From contig OY729416.1 in NCBI GenBank assembly GCA_963422265.1, forward strand, positions 992,001 through 1,056,000: DNA of 64,000 nucleotides, given 5' to 3'. Below are positions 32,123 to 43,069 of this stretch, piece by piece. Source of the stretch: Thermodesulfobacteriota bacterium. Its GTDB lineage: Bacteria > Desulfobacterota_D > UBA1144 > Nemesobacterales > UBA2774. Each line of letters starts with the position of its first letter. Position 1 is the stretch's first letter. The notes beneath the pieces were generated by a model. That model had not been told where the DNA came from and searched no databases. It saw nothing but the letters and a program-made list of their open reading frames with translations. The translations under genes and the position numbers were made by a program.

Positions 32123-33427
32123 ATGGACGCTAAATACCTTTATTTAGAGACTTACGGCTGTCAGATGAACGAATATGATTCTGACAGGATAATAAACGCC
32201 CTTAACGCCGAGAGAACCGACAATCCTAAGGATGCCGATATTATCATCATAAACACTTGCGCAATAAGGGACAAAGCCGATCAGAAAGCCTTCAGTAGTC
32301 TTGGGAAATACAAGCGCCTCAAAGCCAGAAACCCTGATAAGATAGTTGGGATAGCAGGGTGCGTCGCCCAGCTTTACGGAGATGAACTACTCAAGAAAAT
32401 GCCTTATCTGGACTTTGTACTCGGACCCAGATCCATACCGAAGCTGCCTGAACTTATTTCTCGTATAGAAAAAGAAAAGCTAAGAGTCATTGAAACTTCC
32501 TACGACGTTGAAGAATTATTTGAAGTAGAACCTTACCACGCGCAAGGAAAGGTTACCGCCTTCGTCTCTGTGCAGCAGGGGTGCAATAAAAGATGCTCCT
32601 ACTGTATTGTCCCTTACGTTAGGGGCAAGGAGGTAAACAGACCATTAAAGGACATACTAAGCGAAACAAGTAGCCTGGTTGGTAAGGGGGTAAGGGAGAT
32701 AACCTTTATAGGTCAAACGGTTAATTCGTGGAAGGAAAATGGATACAAATTTGGAGATTTACTAAGAGCTGCGGCGGATATTGACAATCTTGAACGCATA
32801 CGCTTTACGACATCCTATCCACGCGACGTAACAAAAAGAATGATAGACGCAATGAAAGACGTGCCTCAAATATGCCGACATATACACCTACCCGTGCAGT
32901 CTGGATCGGATAGGGTGTTAAGTATGATGAAGAGAACATATACGAGGGACTGGTACATGGGCAGCGTCCAAAGACTAAGGGACGGGATTCCCGACGTTGC
33001 GCTTTCTACCGATATAATCGTAGGATTCCCCGGTGAGACCGAAAGCGATTTTAATCATACTATGTCTCTAATAGATGAGGTTCAATTCGATACTGCTTTC
33101 TCGTTTAAGTTCTCTCCTCGACCCGGAACGCCTGCAGCGGAGTCCCCCAAAGAACAGCTAATAGATAATGAAATTGCAGGGGAAAGACTAGCGGCTCTTC
33201 AATCGGCTCAAAAAAACATATCGTTAAAAAAGAACCTTAGCAGGGTAGGTCAAATTGAAGAGGTGCTGGTAGAAGGTGAAAGTAGAAATAATCCGAGAGT
33301 TGTCTCCGGAAGGACTAGCCAAAATAGAATCGCTAACTTTGAGGGTGGTAAAGAGCTTTATGGACAAATCGTTAAGGTGAAAATCACAGAAGGTCTATCA
33401 AACTCTCTGAGAGGAGAGTTATGCTAA
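32123..33427 (+). CDS. miaB: tRNA-2-methylthio-N6-dimethylallyladenosine synthase
   Basis: TYGCQMNEYDS, NTCAIR, GC...C.YCIVPYVRG, TRAM domain. Confidence 0.96.
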   Translation: MDAKYLYLETYGCQMNEYDSDRIINALNAERTDNPKDADIIIINTCAIRDKADQKAFSSLGKYKRLKARNPDKIVGIAGCVAQLYGDELLKKMPYLDFVLGPRSIPKLPELISRIEKEKLRVIETSYDVEELFEVEPYHAQGKVTAFVSVQQGCNKRCSYCIVPYVRGKEVNRPLKDILSETSSLVGKGVREITFIGQTVNSWKENGYKFGDLLRAAADIDNLERIRFTTSYPRDVTKRMIDAMKDVPQICRHIHLPVQSGSDRVLSMMKRTYTRDWYMGSVQRLRDGIPDVALSTDIIVGFPGETESDFNHTMSLIDEVQFDTAFSFKFSPRPGTPAAESPKEQLIDNEIAGERLAALQSAQKNISLKKNLSRVGQIEEVLVEGESRNNPRVVSGRTSQNRIANFEGGKELYGQIVKVKITEGLSNSLRGELC

Positions 33428-33449
33428 ACGCTGCGGGAGGTAACCTAGG

Positions 33450-33923
33450 TTGTTGCAAATGACCGTAACCGGCATAGCATTGGATCCTTTTGCCAACACG
33501 CCCATAGTCATACTGAAAGATTTAGACAATGATAAGACGCTTCCTATATGGGTCGGCTTTATGGAGGCAAGCTCAATCGCAATGGAGCTTGAACACACCC
33601 CACGAACAAGACCCATTACACATGATTTTATTAAAAACCTATTAGAAAAGCTAAAGTTCAAGGTAACGAAGATTGAGATTACAGACTTAAAGGATGATAT
33701 ATTTTACGCAAAAATTTATCTCAAAAGGGATAATGAAGAACACTCTGTTGATGCTAGACCGAGCGACGCAATAGCTATTGCACTGAGAACGGACTCTCCC
33801 ATAATGGTAAATGAGGAGATAATCGAGCGCTCAAGGGACATAGGAATAGACGAGGATAAGGATAGGATTAAAGAGTTTCTAGAAAGTATGCCCGAATCAG
33901 GTTTTGGGAAATACAAAATGTAG
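33450..33923 (+). CDS. Bifunctional nuclease family protein (DUF151)
   Basis: LPIWVG..EA, RPITHD, DARPSDAIAIALR. Confidence 0.92.
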   Translation: MLQMTVTGIALDPFANTPIVILKDLDNDKTLPIWVGFMEASSIAMELEHTPRTRPITHDFIKNLLEKLKFKVTKIEITDLKDDIFYAKIYLKRDNEEHSVDARPSDAIAIALRTDSPIMVNEEIIERSRDIGIDEDKDRIKEFLESMPESGFGKYKM

Positions 33924-34042
33924 CGTATAGGCTAGACAAACCTGTCTTAGCTAGAGGAACAACCCCTATTCCATTACCCCTGATCCTAAAATAAATTCAG
34001 AATAACGCTTGATGAAGATATACAGAGGAAACCCAGTTAGTA

Positions 34043-34071
34043 TTGACAGTTAAGTCTAATTGATCTAGATT
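34043..34071 (+). promoter_or_regulatory. Putative sigma70 promoter for the MerR gene and tRNA-Pro
   Basis: TTGACA-N17-TAGATT. Confidence 0.5.
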
Positions 34072-34094
34072 TTAGAATTGGTGTTCAGGAAAAG

Positions 34095-34424
34095 TTGGGG
34101 ATGAAACTACCTGAGAAAATGTATTTCCGTATAGGAGAGGTAAGTGATTTTACCGGTATTAAACCATACGTTTTAAGGTATTGGGAAAGTGAGTTTGACG
34201 AGATAAAACCGATAAGAAGAAAGTCGCAAAGGCTCTATGACAGAGGCGCTATATACACTATAGTTAAGATTAAGAATCTGCTGTATAAAGAGAATTTCAC
34301 TATAGCTGGAGCGAAAAAGAAGATAAAAGAAGAGGTTCGCAACAAGTATTCAGGCACAGATGTCAACGTTCTGTTACACGAAATACTGGGCGAGCTAAGA
34401 TCAATTGAGCAAAAAACTAGATAG
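34095..34424 (+). CDS. MerR family regulator
   Basis: YFRIGEVS...YVLRYWESEF; upstream of tRNA-Pro(GGG). Confidence 0.9.
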   Translation: MGMKLPEKMYFRIGEVSDFTGIKPYVLRYWESEFDEIKPIRRKSQRLYDRGAIYTIVKIKNLLYKENFTIAGAKKKIKEEVRNKYSGTDVNVLLHEILGELRSIEQKTR

Positions 34425-34429
34425 AAAGT

Positions 34430-34506
34430 CGGGGTGTGGCGCAGACTGGTAGCGCATCGGTCTGGGGGACCGGGGGTCGCCGGTTCAAGTCCGGCCACCC
34501 CGACCA
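34430..34506 (+). tRNA. tRNA-Pro(GGG)
   Basis: CGGGGTG/CACCCCG acceptor stem, TCGGT-CTGGGGG-ACCGG anticodon arm, GGTTCAAGTCC, 3' ACCA. Confidence 0.96.
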
Positions 34507-34543
34507 TTTAAGAAAGAACTGCTTACGCTCAACTAGTTTTAAG

Positions 34544-34975
34544 CTAAGGGCAAGCGTCATAAGTCAGCAGATGTTCGTGGCGCTTATTCTGATAAATACT
34601 GCCACCGCTAACAACTTCCTTGAAGTCTTTATGTAATGCCTTATCGCTAAAGCACAACAGCTTCGTGTCGGATGCTTTAGCTAAACCAAGGATGTGTTCA
34701 TCATTTGACTGCAATTTTAGATCATGGCATTCCCTAATCTCTTTTATCGCTCTTTCCACAGTATCTTTCTCAATAGATCTCGCCATACCACTTTGTTTTC
34801 TGCTGACAAAAAATCTTTTCATTTCTTTATTTGAATTGAGCTCTCTATCTATTTCTTCGTAAGTAGAATAAACAAGCTTGCCATTCTTTTTCTCTAGCCA
34901 CTTATGAATTGGGATCATATCCTCCGTTCTCTTCAGAAAATCTCCATACATATTCGCATCCAGAATCATACACAT
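34544..34975 (-). CDS. PIN-like protein, partner of the AAA ATPase
   Basis: ILDAN N-terminal strand, E, ND.HI..LA, and C.SD acidic PIN-type pattern. Confidence 0.6.
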   Translation of the reverse strand: MCMILDANMYGDFLKRTEDMIPIHKWLEKKNGKLVYSTYEEIDRELNSNKEMKRFFVSRKQSGMARSIEKDTVERAIKEIRECHDLKLQSNDEHILGLAKASDTKLLCFSDKALHKDFKEVVSGGSIYQNKRHEHLLTYDACP

Positions 34976-34978
34976 AGT

Positions 34979-36295
34979 CTAATCCTCAAACCCTAGTAGA
35001 CGATCATCTTCTTTCAGGAAAAAGTCCCTATATCCATCGGGAGCATTCAATAGGTTGCCTTGATTATCAAAAGATAGGTTATGCACTTCTACTCTATCAC
35101 TCACAGGTTTAAGGTATATCAAGGATACCTCGTCAGGGGAAATGTTTCCCCTACGAATCTCTATGCTTGCCCTGTTAACCATATAATCACTGTGCGTTTC
35201 AATTAGGAAAGAGTTATTTGTAGTTTTTGCGCTTTCAATTAAAAGGGAGGAAAGTTCAGCCTGCGCCCTCGGGTGAAGATGAACCTCGGGCTGCTGCAAT
35301 AGGAAACTGTTGCCGCCAGAAGAAAGAAACATCCGCACCAGCAGAGGCAATATCTGACTCACTCCATACCCCGTATCCATAATATTAGACTTAGCTCCCC
35401 TTACCTTAAACTGCAATTGGAAAGGGTCCCCCATTGATTCTCCGAAGTTTCTTACCTCTATATCAGTGAACAATCCGGAGGATTTACCAAAACGCACTAA
35501 TTTGTTACGAATTGGTTTCCATCTCTCTTCCCCCTCTCTGTGCAGACGCATCAAGGCTATAGGAACATCACTCCCCTCTGGATCTAGAATCTCCCGAATA
35601 GGATCGTATGTGCGTTGCGGCTTTGAACGGATAGGGGCTAGGCTCACTACTTTTGAGGTAACGCCGTAGGCACGATGCAACTCTGAGACCACGTCCCTTA
35701 ATACATCTTTATGATCTTTAGGCAGTTCTTCTTCCAGCATAAGAAACAGTGGAAAATGTAGGATAGACTCGGTATCACGTAATGACTTAGGCAGTTCAAT
35801 CTCAAGGGGATCATTATCATTACCCGCTCTGTTTTTCAGTGACACTATACAAGAAGGTTTTCCACCTGTAATACCTGAATCAATAGAGATAAAAAAATTT
35901 GGAGAATCAATTTTCGTATGGCTAACAACCGGCTCAGATCCTTTATCCCTCCCCACAAAACGCACGGTGTACTTAGTTTTCGGCGTATCCCAGTCAAGAC
36001 CCAGTTCAAACTCAGTCTTTTTCCCCTTGTTGTTACCACTTCCGTTATTTCTTCTAACAATATCATCGAACGACCCTAGCCTATAGGGTTCTATATTGAA
36101 GTCCGGAACATTCAACCTAGCAAAAGAAATACTATCAATTACATGAAAACACCCTAGAGCAGTAGTTTTCCCCGTGCTGTTCTCTCCTATTAAAAAGGTC
36201 AAAGGACGGATTTCAAATGTCTGCCTGCCATCAAAACAGCGCACGTTCTCAATCGTGAATTTTTTCTTACTACTTATGCGGTTGTTTTTTGCCAT
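34979..36295 (-). CDS. AAA ATPase (DUF3696-like C-terminus)
   Basis: GENSTGKT, GYGVSQILP signature, QQPEVHLHP, ETHSDY. Confidence 0.88.
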   Translation of the reverse strand: MAKNNRISSKKKFTIENVRCFDGRQTFEIRPLTFLIGENSTGKTTALGCFHVIDSISFARLNVPDFNIEPYRLGSFDDIVRRNNGSGNNKGKKTEFELGLDWDTPKTKYTVRFVGRDKGSEPVVSHTKIDSPNFFISIDSGITGGKPSCIVSLKNRAGNDNDPLEIELPKSLRDTESILHFPLFLMLEEELPKDHKDVLRDVVSELHRAYGVTSKVVSLAPIRSKPQRTYDPIREILDPEGSDVPIALMRLHREGEERWKPIRNKLVRFGKSSGLFTDIEVRNFGESMGDPFQLQFKVRGAKSNIMDTGYGVSQILPLLVRMFLSSGGNSFLLQQPEVHLHPRAQAELSSLLIESAKTTNNSFLIETHSDYMVNRASIEIRRGNISPDEVSLIYLKPVSDRVEVHNLSFDNQGNLLNAPDGYRDFFLKEDDRLLGFED

Positions 36296-36422
36296 GAGCC
36301 TGAATTTTACTCACAAATACTACTAAAACTAAATGCTATTCAGTGCTTCTTCAACAGGTGATGCCCCGCATTATTGAATGTATCACCACTCTTCACTAAT
36401 GCTATAACCTAATAAACAGAGA

Positions 36423-39400
36423 TTAAGAACTCCACTCCTCAGCGAAAAGTTCCGCTTGTTTTAAGATGTTGTCCGTTGCTAGCTTTTGCTCGTCTGGTGG
36501 GTAACCGTATCGGCGTAAAACCTTTTTGACAATCAAACGAAGATTTGCCTGAACGCTCTCCTTTATCGTCCAATCAATTGACGCTTCGGCTTTTACTCTT
36601 TGCGCCAACTCTTGGGCGAGCTTGCGCAACGTTTTGTCTCCCATTACCTCCCTAGCACTGTCGTTCATAGATAAGGCGTCGTAAAAAGCTATCTCATCCT
36701 CGCTCAGACCAAAACCTTTAACTCGTTCATCAGAAGCCTTAATCTCTTTGGCGATTTCTATCAATTCTTCTATGATCTGCGCCGTCGTGAGCAGGTTGCT
36801 TTGATATTTTCTTATCGCGGCGTCTAGCATTTCCGATAATCTTTTGCCCTTGATGAAATTCTTCTTCATTCTGGTTTTGACCTCATCACTCAGAATTTTC
36901 CTTAGTAACTCTAAGGCGAGGTTCTTGCGCTCCATACCGCGCACCTCATCTAAAAACTCATCCGAAAGAACGGAAATATCCGGCTTTTTAATCCCAGCCG
37001 CGTCAAAGACGTCAATTACGCCTTCAACGACAAGCGCTTTATCAATAATCTGCCTTATCGCAGTTTCTACTTCGGCGTCGCTCTTGCCACCCCCCACAGG
37101 CTCAAACTTAGTCAGTCGAGCCTTTACCGCCTGAAAAAACCCAACTTCCTCCTTTAATTCCATCGCCTCGCGGCTTGGGACGGAAAGCGCAAAAGCCTTT
37201 GATAGCAGACTGACTTGCTTTGTAAACCTATTTTTGCCATCTTCTAAAGCCAGAATATGCTCTTGCGCTTGTAAAATAATCGTCATTTTTCCCCTTGCGT
37301 CCACCGAGAAGTATGGCTTATAATCAAAACCATTAAACATCTGAGCAACAACCTCACCCTTCTCCATCATCACATCAATCGCCTGCGATTGCTTAAAGGT
37401 AGGAGAGCCTTTACCACTGCTTTTGGTGTAATCGGCTAACGCCCGCTTTAAGTCTGAAGCTATGCCTATATAATCAACGATGAGTCCACCGGGCTTGTCT
37501 TTATAAACCCTGTTGACGCGGGCGATTGCCTGCATAAGATTATGCCCCCGCATCGGTTTATCAATATACATAGTATGCAGGCACGGGGCGTCAAATCCCG
37601 TAAGCCACATATCCCTTACTATTACTAGCTTTAGCGCATCACTAGGATCCTTAAACCTATTAGCAAACCATCTTCTATCTTGCCTTTTAGTATTATGTCC
37701 TTGCCAGCTTTGAGGATCGCTTGAGCTAGAAGTCATCACAACTTTTATAGATCCCTTGTCTTTATCGGCATGGCGCCAATCGGGGCGGAGCTTAACTATT
37801 TCTTCATACAGTTCAACGGCTATGCGCCTACTCATGGCGACTATCATCCCTTTACCCTCAAAGACTTCCCGTCTCGCTTCGAAATGCTCAATAACGTCTT
37901 GGGCAACGGTTTTCAATCTATCTCTATGTCCGACTATTGCCTCTACACGTGCCCATTTAGCCTTTGTTTTCTCCGTGGCAGTGAACTCCTGACCCTCGAT
38001 TATCCGATCAACCTCCTCATCTAGCTTATCCCTTTCCTCGTCTCTCAAATGCACCTGAGCAAGTCGTGATTCATAATAGATGGCGACGGTCGCCCCATCC
38101 TCCACAGCTTGCTGCATATCGTAAACGTCAATGTAGTTTCCAAAAACCGCCGGAGTAGAAGCATCCTCTTTCGCAATTGGCGTTGCGGTAAAACCAACAA
38201 AGGAAGCATTTGGCAACGCGTCCCTTACATACTTGGCAAAGCCATATTTCGTAAATGCCCCGTCCTCTCTCTCTAGGGTCCTAGCCTTAAAACCATACTG
38301 ACTGCGGTGTGCTTCGTCAGCGATAACGACAATATTCTTCCGCCCTGAAAGAAGTTCAAACTTTTCCTTACACCTCTCAGGGGAGAATTTTTGAATAGTG
38401 GTAAACACTATTCCACCCCCCGCCGTCTTTAGAAGGTTCTTCAAATGAGCGCGGCTGTCAGCCTGCGAAGGCTCTTGCCTTAATAATTGCTTGCCGCTGG
38501 CAAAAGTACCAAATAGCTGATCGTCAAGGTCGTTGCGGTCCGTAATAACCACTATGGTAGGATTCCCCATACGCGAATCTACAATGAGCTTTCCTGCGTA
38601 GAACAACATAGAGAGAGATTTTCCACTCCCTTGCGTGTGCCACATAATGCCGGCTTTACGATCTCCCATTGGTTGCGCGTCAATCGTAGGCAGTCCATAG
38701 GCGGCAGGGTCCTCCCTAACCGCCCCTGAATTGTCAGATGAAGCCCTGATAGTTGACTCTACCGCCTTGTTCACAGCGTGATATTGATGATAGGCTGCGA
38801 TTTTTTTGATAGTAACGACTCTCTTTATGCCACCCGCCCCGCTATCTCCGTCGGGTGAGGAGATCAACCCTTCAGTGAGCTCAGAAGACCCTTTCATTGA
38901 TTTCTCAAACACCGTAAAGTGCCTAATTAAATCCAAAATCACGTCTGGGCGGAGCATTCCCTTTACAAGCGTTTCTATTTGCGGTGTAGTTCCAGCGTCC
39001 TCCTTTACGCCATCAACCGCTCTCCATTCCACAAAACGTGACCATCTAGCAGTCAGAGAACCAACTTTGGCGTCAAGACCATCAGAAGTTACCAAAACGC
39101 CGTTGTAGCAAAACAGGCTAGGAATAGCATTTTTATAGTTTTGAAGCTGGTTAAATGCTTTTTGAACGGTTGCCTTTTCATCCACTGGATTCTTTAACTC
39201 AATCACCGCCAACGGCAAGCCATTCACAAATAGGACAACGTCTGGACGCCTAGTAACGTTACCGTCAACAACGGTTCGGCTTTGCTCAGCAGCTACGGTA
39301 AATTGATTGCAAAAGACAAGATCGTTGTTTAGAGGATTGTCAAAATCAATAAGCCAAGCGTTATCGCCGACGGCGTCTTCTCCTTTCTGGTACTCAACGC

Positions 39401-39680
39401 TAACCCCGTCAGTCAACATCTGATGAAACGCCTCGTTGCTTTCCACTAGACTTTGACTTGGCAAGTTTAATACCTCATGCAAAATCTGCACCCGCGCGTC
39501 TTGTGGAATAAGCGGATTGAGCTTATCAATCGCTGCTTCCAGGCGTGCGCGCAGGACGACGTCGGACAAGCTGACCCGTTCGCGCTCCTGCTCTTCTGGT
39601 GAAAGGTATGAGTAACCCTGATTTTGTAGAAGTTCTATGACGAAGTTTTCAACGTCGGATTCATATATAGTGGTGCTCAT
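36423..39680 (-). CDS. hsdR: Type I restriction endonuclease subunit R
   Basis: [46 protein letters not shown]. Confidence 0.97.
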   Translation of the reverse strand: MSTTIYESDVENFVIELLQNQGYSYLSPEEQERERVSLSDVVLRARLEAAIDKLNPLIPQDARVQILHEVLNLPSQSLVESNEAFHQMLTDGVSVEYQKGEDAVGDNAWLIDFDNPLNNDLVFCNQFTVAAEQSRTVVDGNVTRRPDVVLFVNGLPLAVIELKNPVDEKATVQKAFNQLQNYKNAIPSLFCYNGVLVTSDGLDAKVGSLTARWSRFVEWRAVDGVKEDAGTTPQIETLVKGMLRPDVILDLIRHFTVFEKSMKGSSELTEGLISSPDGDSGAGGIKRVVTIKKIAAYHQYHAVNKAVESTIRASSDNSGAVREDPAAYGLPTIDAQPMGDRKAGIMWHTQGSGKSLSMLFYAGKLIVDSRMGNPTIVVITDRNDLDDQLFGTFASGKQLLRQEPSQADSRAHLKNLLKTAGGGIVFTTIQKFSPERCKEKFELLSGRKNIVVIADEAHRSQYGFKARTLEREDGAFTKYGFAKYVRDALPNASFVGFTATPIAKEDASTPAVFGNYIDVYDMQQAVEDGATVAIYYESRLAQVHLRDEERDKLDEEVDRIIEGQEFTATEKTKAKWARVEAIVGHRDRLKTVAQDVIEHFEARREVFEGKGMIVAMSRRIAVELYEEIVKLRPDWRHADKDKGSIKVVMTSSSSDPQSWQGHNTKRQDRRWFANRFKDPSDALKLVIVRDMWLTGFDAPCLHTMYIDKPMRGHNLMQAIARVNRVYKDKPGGLIVDYIGIASDLKRALADYTKSSGKGSPTFKQSQAIDVMMEKGEVVAQMFNGFDYKPYFSVDARGKMTIILQAQEHILALEDGKNRFTKQVSLLSKAFALSVPSREAMELKEEVGFFQAVKARLTKFEPVGGGKSDAEVETAIRQIIDKALVVEGVIDVFDAAGIKKPDISVLSDEFLDEVRGMERKNLALELLRKILSDEVKTRMKKNFIKGKRLSEMLDAAIRKYQSNLLTTAQIIEELIEIAKEIKASDERVKGFGLSEDEIAFYDALSMNDSAREVMGDKTLRKLAQELAQRVKAEASIDWTIKESVQANLRLIVKKVLRRYGYPPDEQKLATDNILKQAELFAEEWSS

Positions 39681-40260
39681 GAACTTTCAGTTATTGCCCC
39701 GCTGGAATCCTCTATTAGGTTTTTGAGGCTCTTAAGGAACACATTATAGCTCTTGCTTCTGTTCTGAGACGAAAGATGAGTACCTATCGCTCGCGAACCT
39801 GAGATCTTTTGGTATTTACCTTTAGTTATTCTCTCTAGTTCAAGAGAGGGTTTGTCTATGTCATCGGGTATGCGGTATTTGCTTTTGTTTGTATGGCTAG
39901 CCAGCTTAGGACAATCATCAAGAGCCTCCTCAACGGCTTTAATGTCTCCAAAATACCAACTTTCCAGCTCCCGGCAGGCGATCCTAACAATGGTCTCGGA
40001 CTTGCCCGCTCTTCTGCATATATCAACTATCCGCCTCTTGACTTCCTTACACTCGCTACGGTCTTGGTCCAGCAGAACAATAAACCTACTGTTTGGGGCG
40101 TTATCCATCTCTTTAGACGTTTGGGCAGTTCCTTTTGAAGGTCTTGCTTGCCTTCAAACACGATATAGTGGGGGATAATGGAGTCCGGTAAAAGACCCGC
40201 AAGCAATCCCTCGAGCATTTTCTGTGCGGACCTTTCCTCCAGAAAAAAGACCAGATTCAC
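39677..40260 (-). pseudogene. DUF4276 family protein, frameshifted near 40095
   Basis: MNLVFFLEERSA...FEGKQDL in one frame continues as PNSRFIVLLDQD...ELESWYFGD in another. Confidence 0.8.
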
Positions 40261-41453
40261 GAAGGATCCGCTCCATCAAAAAAACCCTGTCTCCATAGGT
40301 AACCCATCTGATCGCCATCCTCCATGTAAGCCCGAACCTGCTCATCATCCTTAGCCCGATGGACGATCGCGTAACCGTTTTCTTTCTGAAGCCAGAAGAC
40401 TTCATCCAATTTGGCGGCGTTCAAGAAATCCGGGGAATGTGTAGATACAAAGACTTGCCCCCCGCGGTTGGCATACATACGAAACTCCTCCGCCAATTCA
40501 GACAGTAAGGACAGATACAATTGATTCTCTGGCTCTTCAACACAAAGCAAAGGGTGAGGATCGGGATCGTAAAGCAAAGTCGGGTAAGCGAGCATTTTTA
40601 TAGTCCCATCCGACACGTAACGCGCCAGAAAAGGATCCTCAAAAGTGCCATCACTAAACTTTAATAGAATTCGCCCTTCTTCAGTCTGCTTTGACTCAAC
40701 ACCCGATATTCCTGGCACCCGCTCTTTCAGTTTATTCACTATCTCCTTAAAGATAGCTAGATGGTTGTTGTGCAGGTATTCAATAACTAGAGACAAATTA
40801 TCTCTCTCAGTGGAAAGATGCTCGGCATAACCGGCCTCCTGCTCTGGTCGCGCCTGATTAACGTGAAAATCGGAGACGTGCCAACGCTCAATGAGGTTGC
40901 CCAGTGCAACCGCGGCGGGGAAACGTTCAAACTGGGCAAGCCCTTTAATCGCTAGCAAACCCTGAGACTTGAGCGTCTGCTTTTCGCGTTGCAGCTTTCT
41001 CACGTCAGTAACCTCTTCAAGCTCATTGGTTACGGCTTCTCCCTTGCCGTTTTTAAAATCCAGAAAACGCCAAGGCCGTCCCTTACGACCCCGACGATAT
41101 TTAAGAACTTCTCTTTTCACAGTTGGACGAGGACGACTCCCCTCTAATTCGTCAATCTCAAGCAGGTAAGTTATCAATCGCCCCCTAGTGGTTTGTCTAA
41201 ACTTGATTTCAATCTCTATTGGACCTTCAGAATTCCTACTTCTCACTTCATTAAAGCCCCTGCTTCCGCCAAGTTTGGCAAGGGCGGTTTTCACATTGGA
41301 AGTCATTGCGTTGCGGAGAAAACCGAACACGGAGAATAAAGTGGACTTACCAGCCCCATTAGCGCCAACGAATACCGCAAAACTGGGAATCTCCCGCATT
41401 TCTACTTCACGAAAGGCGCGAAAGTTTTTCAACCGTAGGTATTCAATTCGCAT
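40257..41453 (-). CDS. AAA ATPase (AAA_21-like), partner of DUF4276
   Basis: GANGAGKS, SDGT, VEEPENQL, STHSP. Confidence 0.9.
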   Translation of the reverse strand: MRIEYLRLKNFRAFREVEMREIPSFAVFVGANGAGKSTLFSVFGFLRNAMTSNVKTALAKLGGSRGFNEVRSRNSEGPIEIEIKFRQTTRGRLITYLLEIDELEGSRPRPTVKREVLKYRRGRKGRPWRFLDFKNGKGEAVTNELEEVTDVRKLQREKQTLKSQGLLAIKGLAQFERFPAAVALGNLIERWHVSDFHVNQARPEQEAGYAEHLSTERDNLSLVIEYLHNNHLAIFKEIVNKLKERVPGISGVESKQTEEGRILLKFSDGTFEDPFLARYVSDGTIKMLAYPTLLYDPDPHPLLCVEEPENQLYLSLLSELAEEFRMYANRGGQVFVSTHSPDFLNAAKLDEVFWLQKENGYAIVHRAKDDEQVRAYMEDGDQMGYLWRQGFFDGADPS

Positions 41454-41588
41454 AGCCTGCTCCTTGCTTAAAAATTATCCATTTTATTCCGATTTGTCAT
41501 ATAGCGCATGGAGCAATACATCACGTTGTCTCACGCAGAGGTTATACCACGACCAATTGTCAGTCCTTCAACCAGCCCAGAATACCAT

Positions 41589-42485
41589 TTAGGGCTTGGA
41601 GCCGTATTCATAATCGCGTCCGATTTTCCAAACCTCTTTTTCTCTAAATGCCTGTATAGTCTGACGACGGGCGGCGTTGGTAACGGCTGGAGCCGAAAGT
41701 CCGTTCTGTTTGATATAATCCGACAGTCGTATAATGCTCTTTCCTTTTAAGTAGGTTATCCGCTTGTGCAACGATTCCAGCAAAGCCAAAGCTAAAATTC
41801 TTTCCATTATTTTCGCCTGCTTCTTCTCGCGGTAATCCCCAAAGGCTTCATAGTATATGCTCTTTTCCTTGTTGCGAATTATGACGCGTGGAAATCCTAA
41901 CTCTAACAACTGAAAGTTAATAATCACTCGCCCTATACGACCATTGCCGTCGCAAAACGGATGGACGGTCTCAAAGTCCAAATGGAACTTGGCGATTTTA
42001 TCTAAAAAATAACCGTCTAGGTCGTTTGAATAGGTAAATAGAACGTTACCGATCATTCGCTCAACATGCTCCGGTGGAGGGGCTATATGAGCACCAACCC
42101 GCACGTATTCACCCTTTTGTCGAAATCGCCCGGCAATAGAGTCGTCAATACCACCCATAAGCATTTTGTGTAAAAGAAGGATGAGTTCCTCGGTCAGACT
42201 TTCTCTTTTAACCTTGCTACGCTTATAATCAATTACCCGAGCTAAGTTTCTCGCCTCAAACACTTCCCGGACAGAGACGTTACGGGATAATTCCATCTCT
42301 AATAAAATTTTCTCCGTCTCTTTAAGCGTTAAAGTGGAGTTTTCTATGGCATTTGAGTTATAGATGCTCTCCGGTGCTTCCGCCTCGTCAATCAAGGCTA
42401 AAAGAGACTCCTTGCCGCTTGCTAAGGAAGCATATTCTTCCCGCAATGCGCTAATTCTTTTTCTAATAGATTGCCGAGTAGCCAC
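41589..42485 (-). CDS. Fic family protein
   Basis: HPFCDGNGRIGR; SNAIEN motif. Confidence 0.93.
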   Translation of the reverse strand: MATRQSIRKRISALREEYASLASGKESLLALIDEAEAPESIYNSNAIENSTLTLKETEKILLEMELSRNVSVREVFEARNLARVIDYKRSKVKRESLTEELILLLHKMLMGGIDDSIAGRFRQKGEYVRVGAHIAPPPEHVERMIGNVLFTYSNDLDGYFLDKIAKFHLDFETVHPFCDGNGRIGRVIINFQLLELGFPRVIIRNKEKSIYYEAFGDYREKKQAKIMERILALALLESLHKRITYLKGKSIIRLSDYIKQNGLSAPAVTNAARRQTIQAFREKEVWKIGRDYEYGSKP

Positions 42486-42555
42486 AATGAACAGTTAAAA
42501 GATAGTTTTAAGTTTACAGTTTTGAGTTGACAGCTAACTAACAACTATCCACTTG

Positions 42556-42583
42556 ATTATATAAATTCACTTGAATATGTCAA
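42556..42583 (-). promoter_or_regulatory. Consensus sigma70 promoter upstream of fic
   Basis: TTGACA-N16-TATAAT; duplicated at 43821-43848. Confidence 0.75.
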
Positions 42584-42810
42584 TAAAGCGTGAAGAGAAG
42601 TGTTAAAGAGGGGTATATTCACGGGGTTTTTGTCTGAACTATGAGAAGGGGAATGACGATGGAGACAAAAGAAGCCCTCACCCTGTCCCTCTCCCAGAGG
42701 GGAGGGGTCTAAACTGTGATTGGTAGGATTAAAGGACGGACTTTGGCAACTAATCACTGATCACTGTCAATTATCAAACTAAACTTCATAGTATTCCCAA
42801 AATCATTAAA

Positions 42811-42885
42811 ATCACAGTTCAGATACTCTCACTTCCCTATTCATCAGATTCGGTAACAGAGCATCCCGCGGGCTTTCAAGAGTGC
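42811..42885 (-). pseudogene. hsdS 3'-end remnant E
   Basis: Translates TLESPRDALLPNLMNREVRVSEL*. Confidence 0.8.
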
Positions 42886-42895
42886 TCAATACAAA

Positions 42896-43045
42896 TCATT
42901 TTTTCTTAACGGGTGGAGATGGTTCTTGATCTTGAGGTCGAGAAACCAAAGGTAACGGAGGTGGTATTCTTGATGGTCTCGGAGGGGGTGGAGATAATAT
43001 TGTTCTTTTATACGCTTTAACTTCTTCTATTTTTTTATTGCTCAT
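42896..43045 (-). CDS. Small Pro-rich protein (49 aa) downstream of DUF6338
   Basis: MSNKKIEEVKAYKRTILSPPPPRPSRIPPPLPLVSRPQDQEPSPPVKKK; GAGAGG upstream. Confidence 0.5.
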   Translation of the reverse strand: MSNKKIEEVKAYKRTILSPPPPRPSRIPPPLPLVSRPQDQEPSPPVKKK

Positions 43046-43069
43046 TTTACCCATCCTCTCAAGCTTATT

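Larger units (their letters stand above)
42424..42885. repeat. Direct repeat unit (Fic 5' end, promoter, hairpin spacer, hsdS 3' end), copy 1
   Basis: Highly similar to 43689-44123; partial third copy at 45421-45597. Confidence 0.85.
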
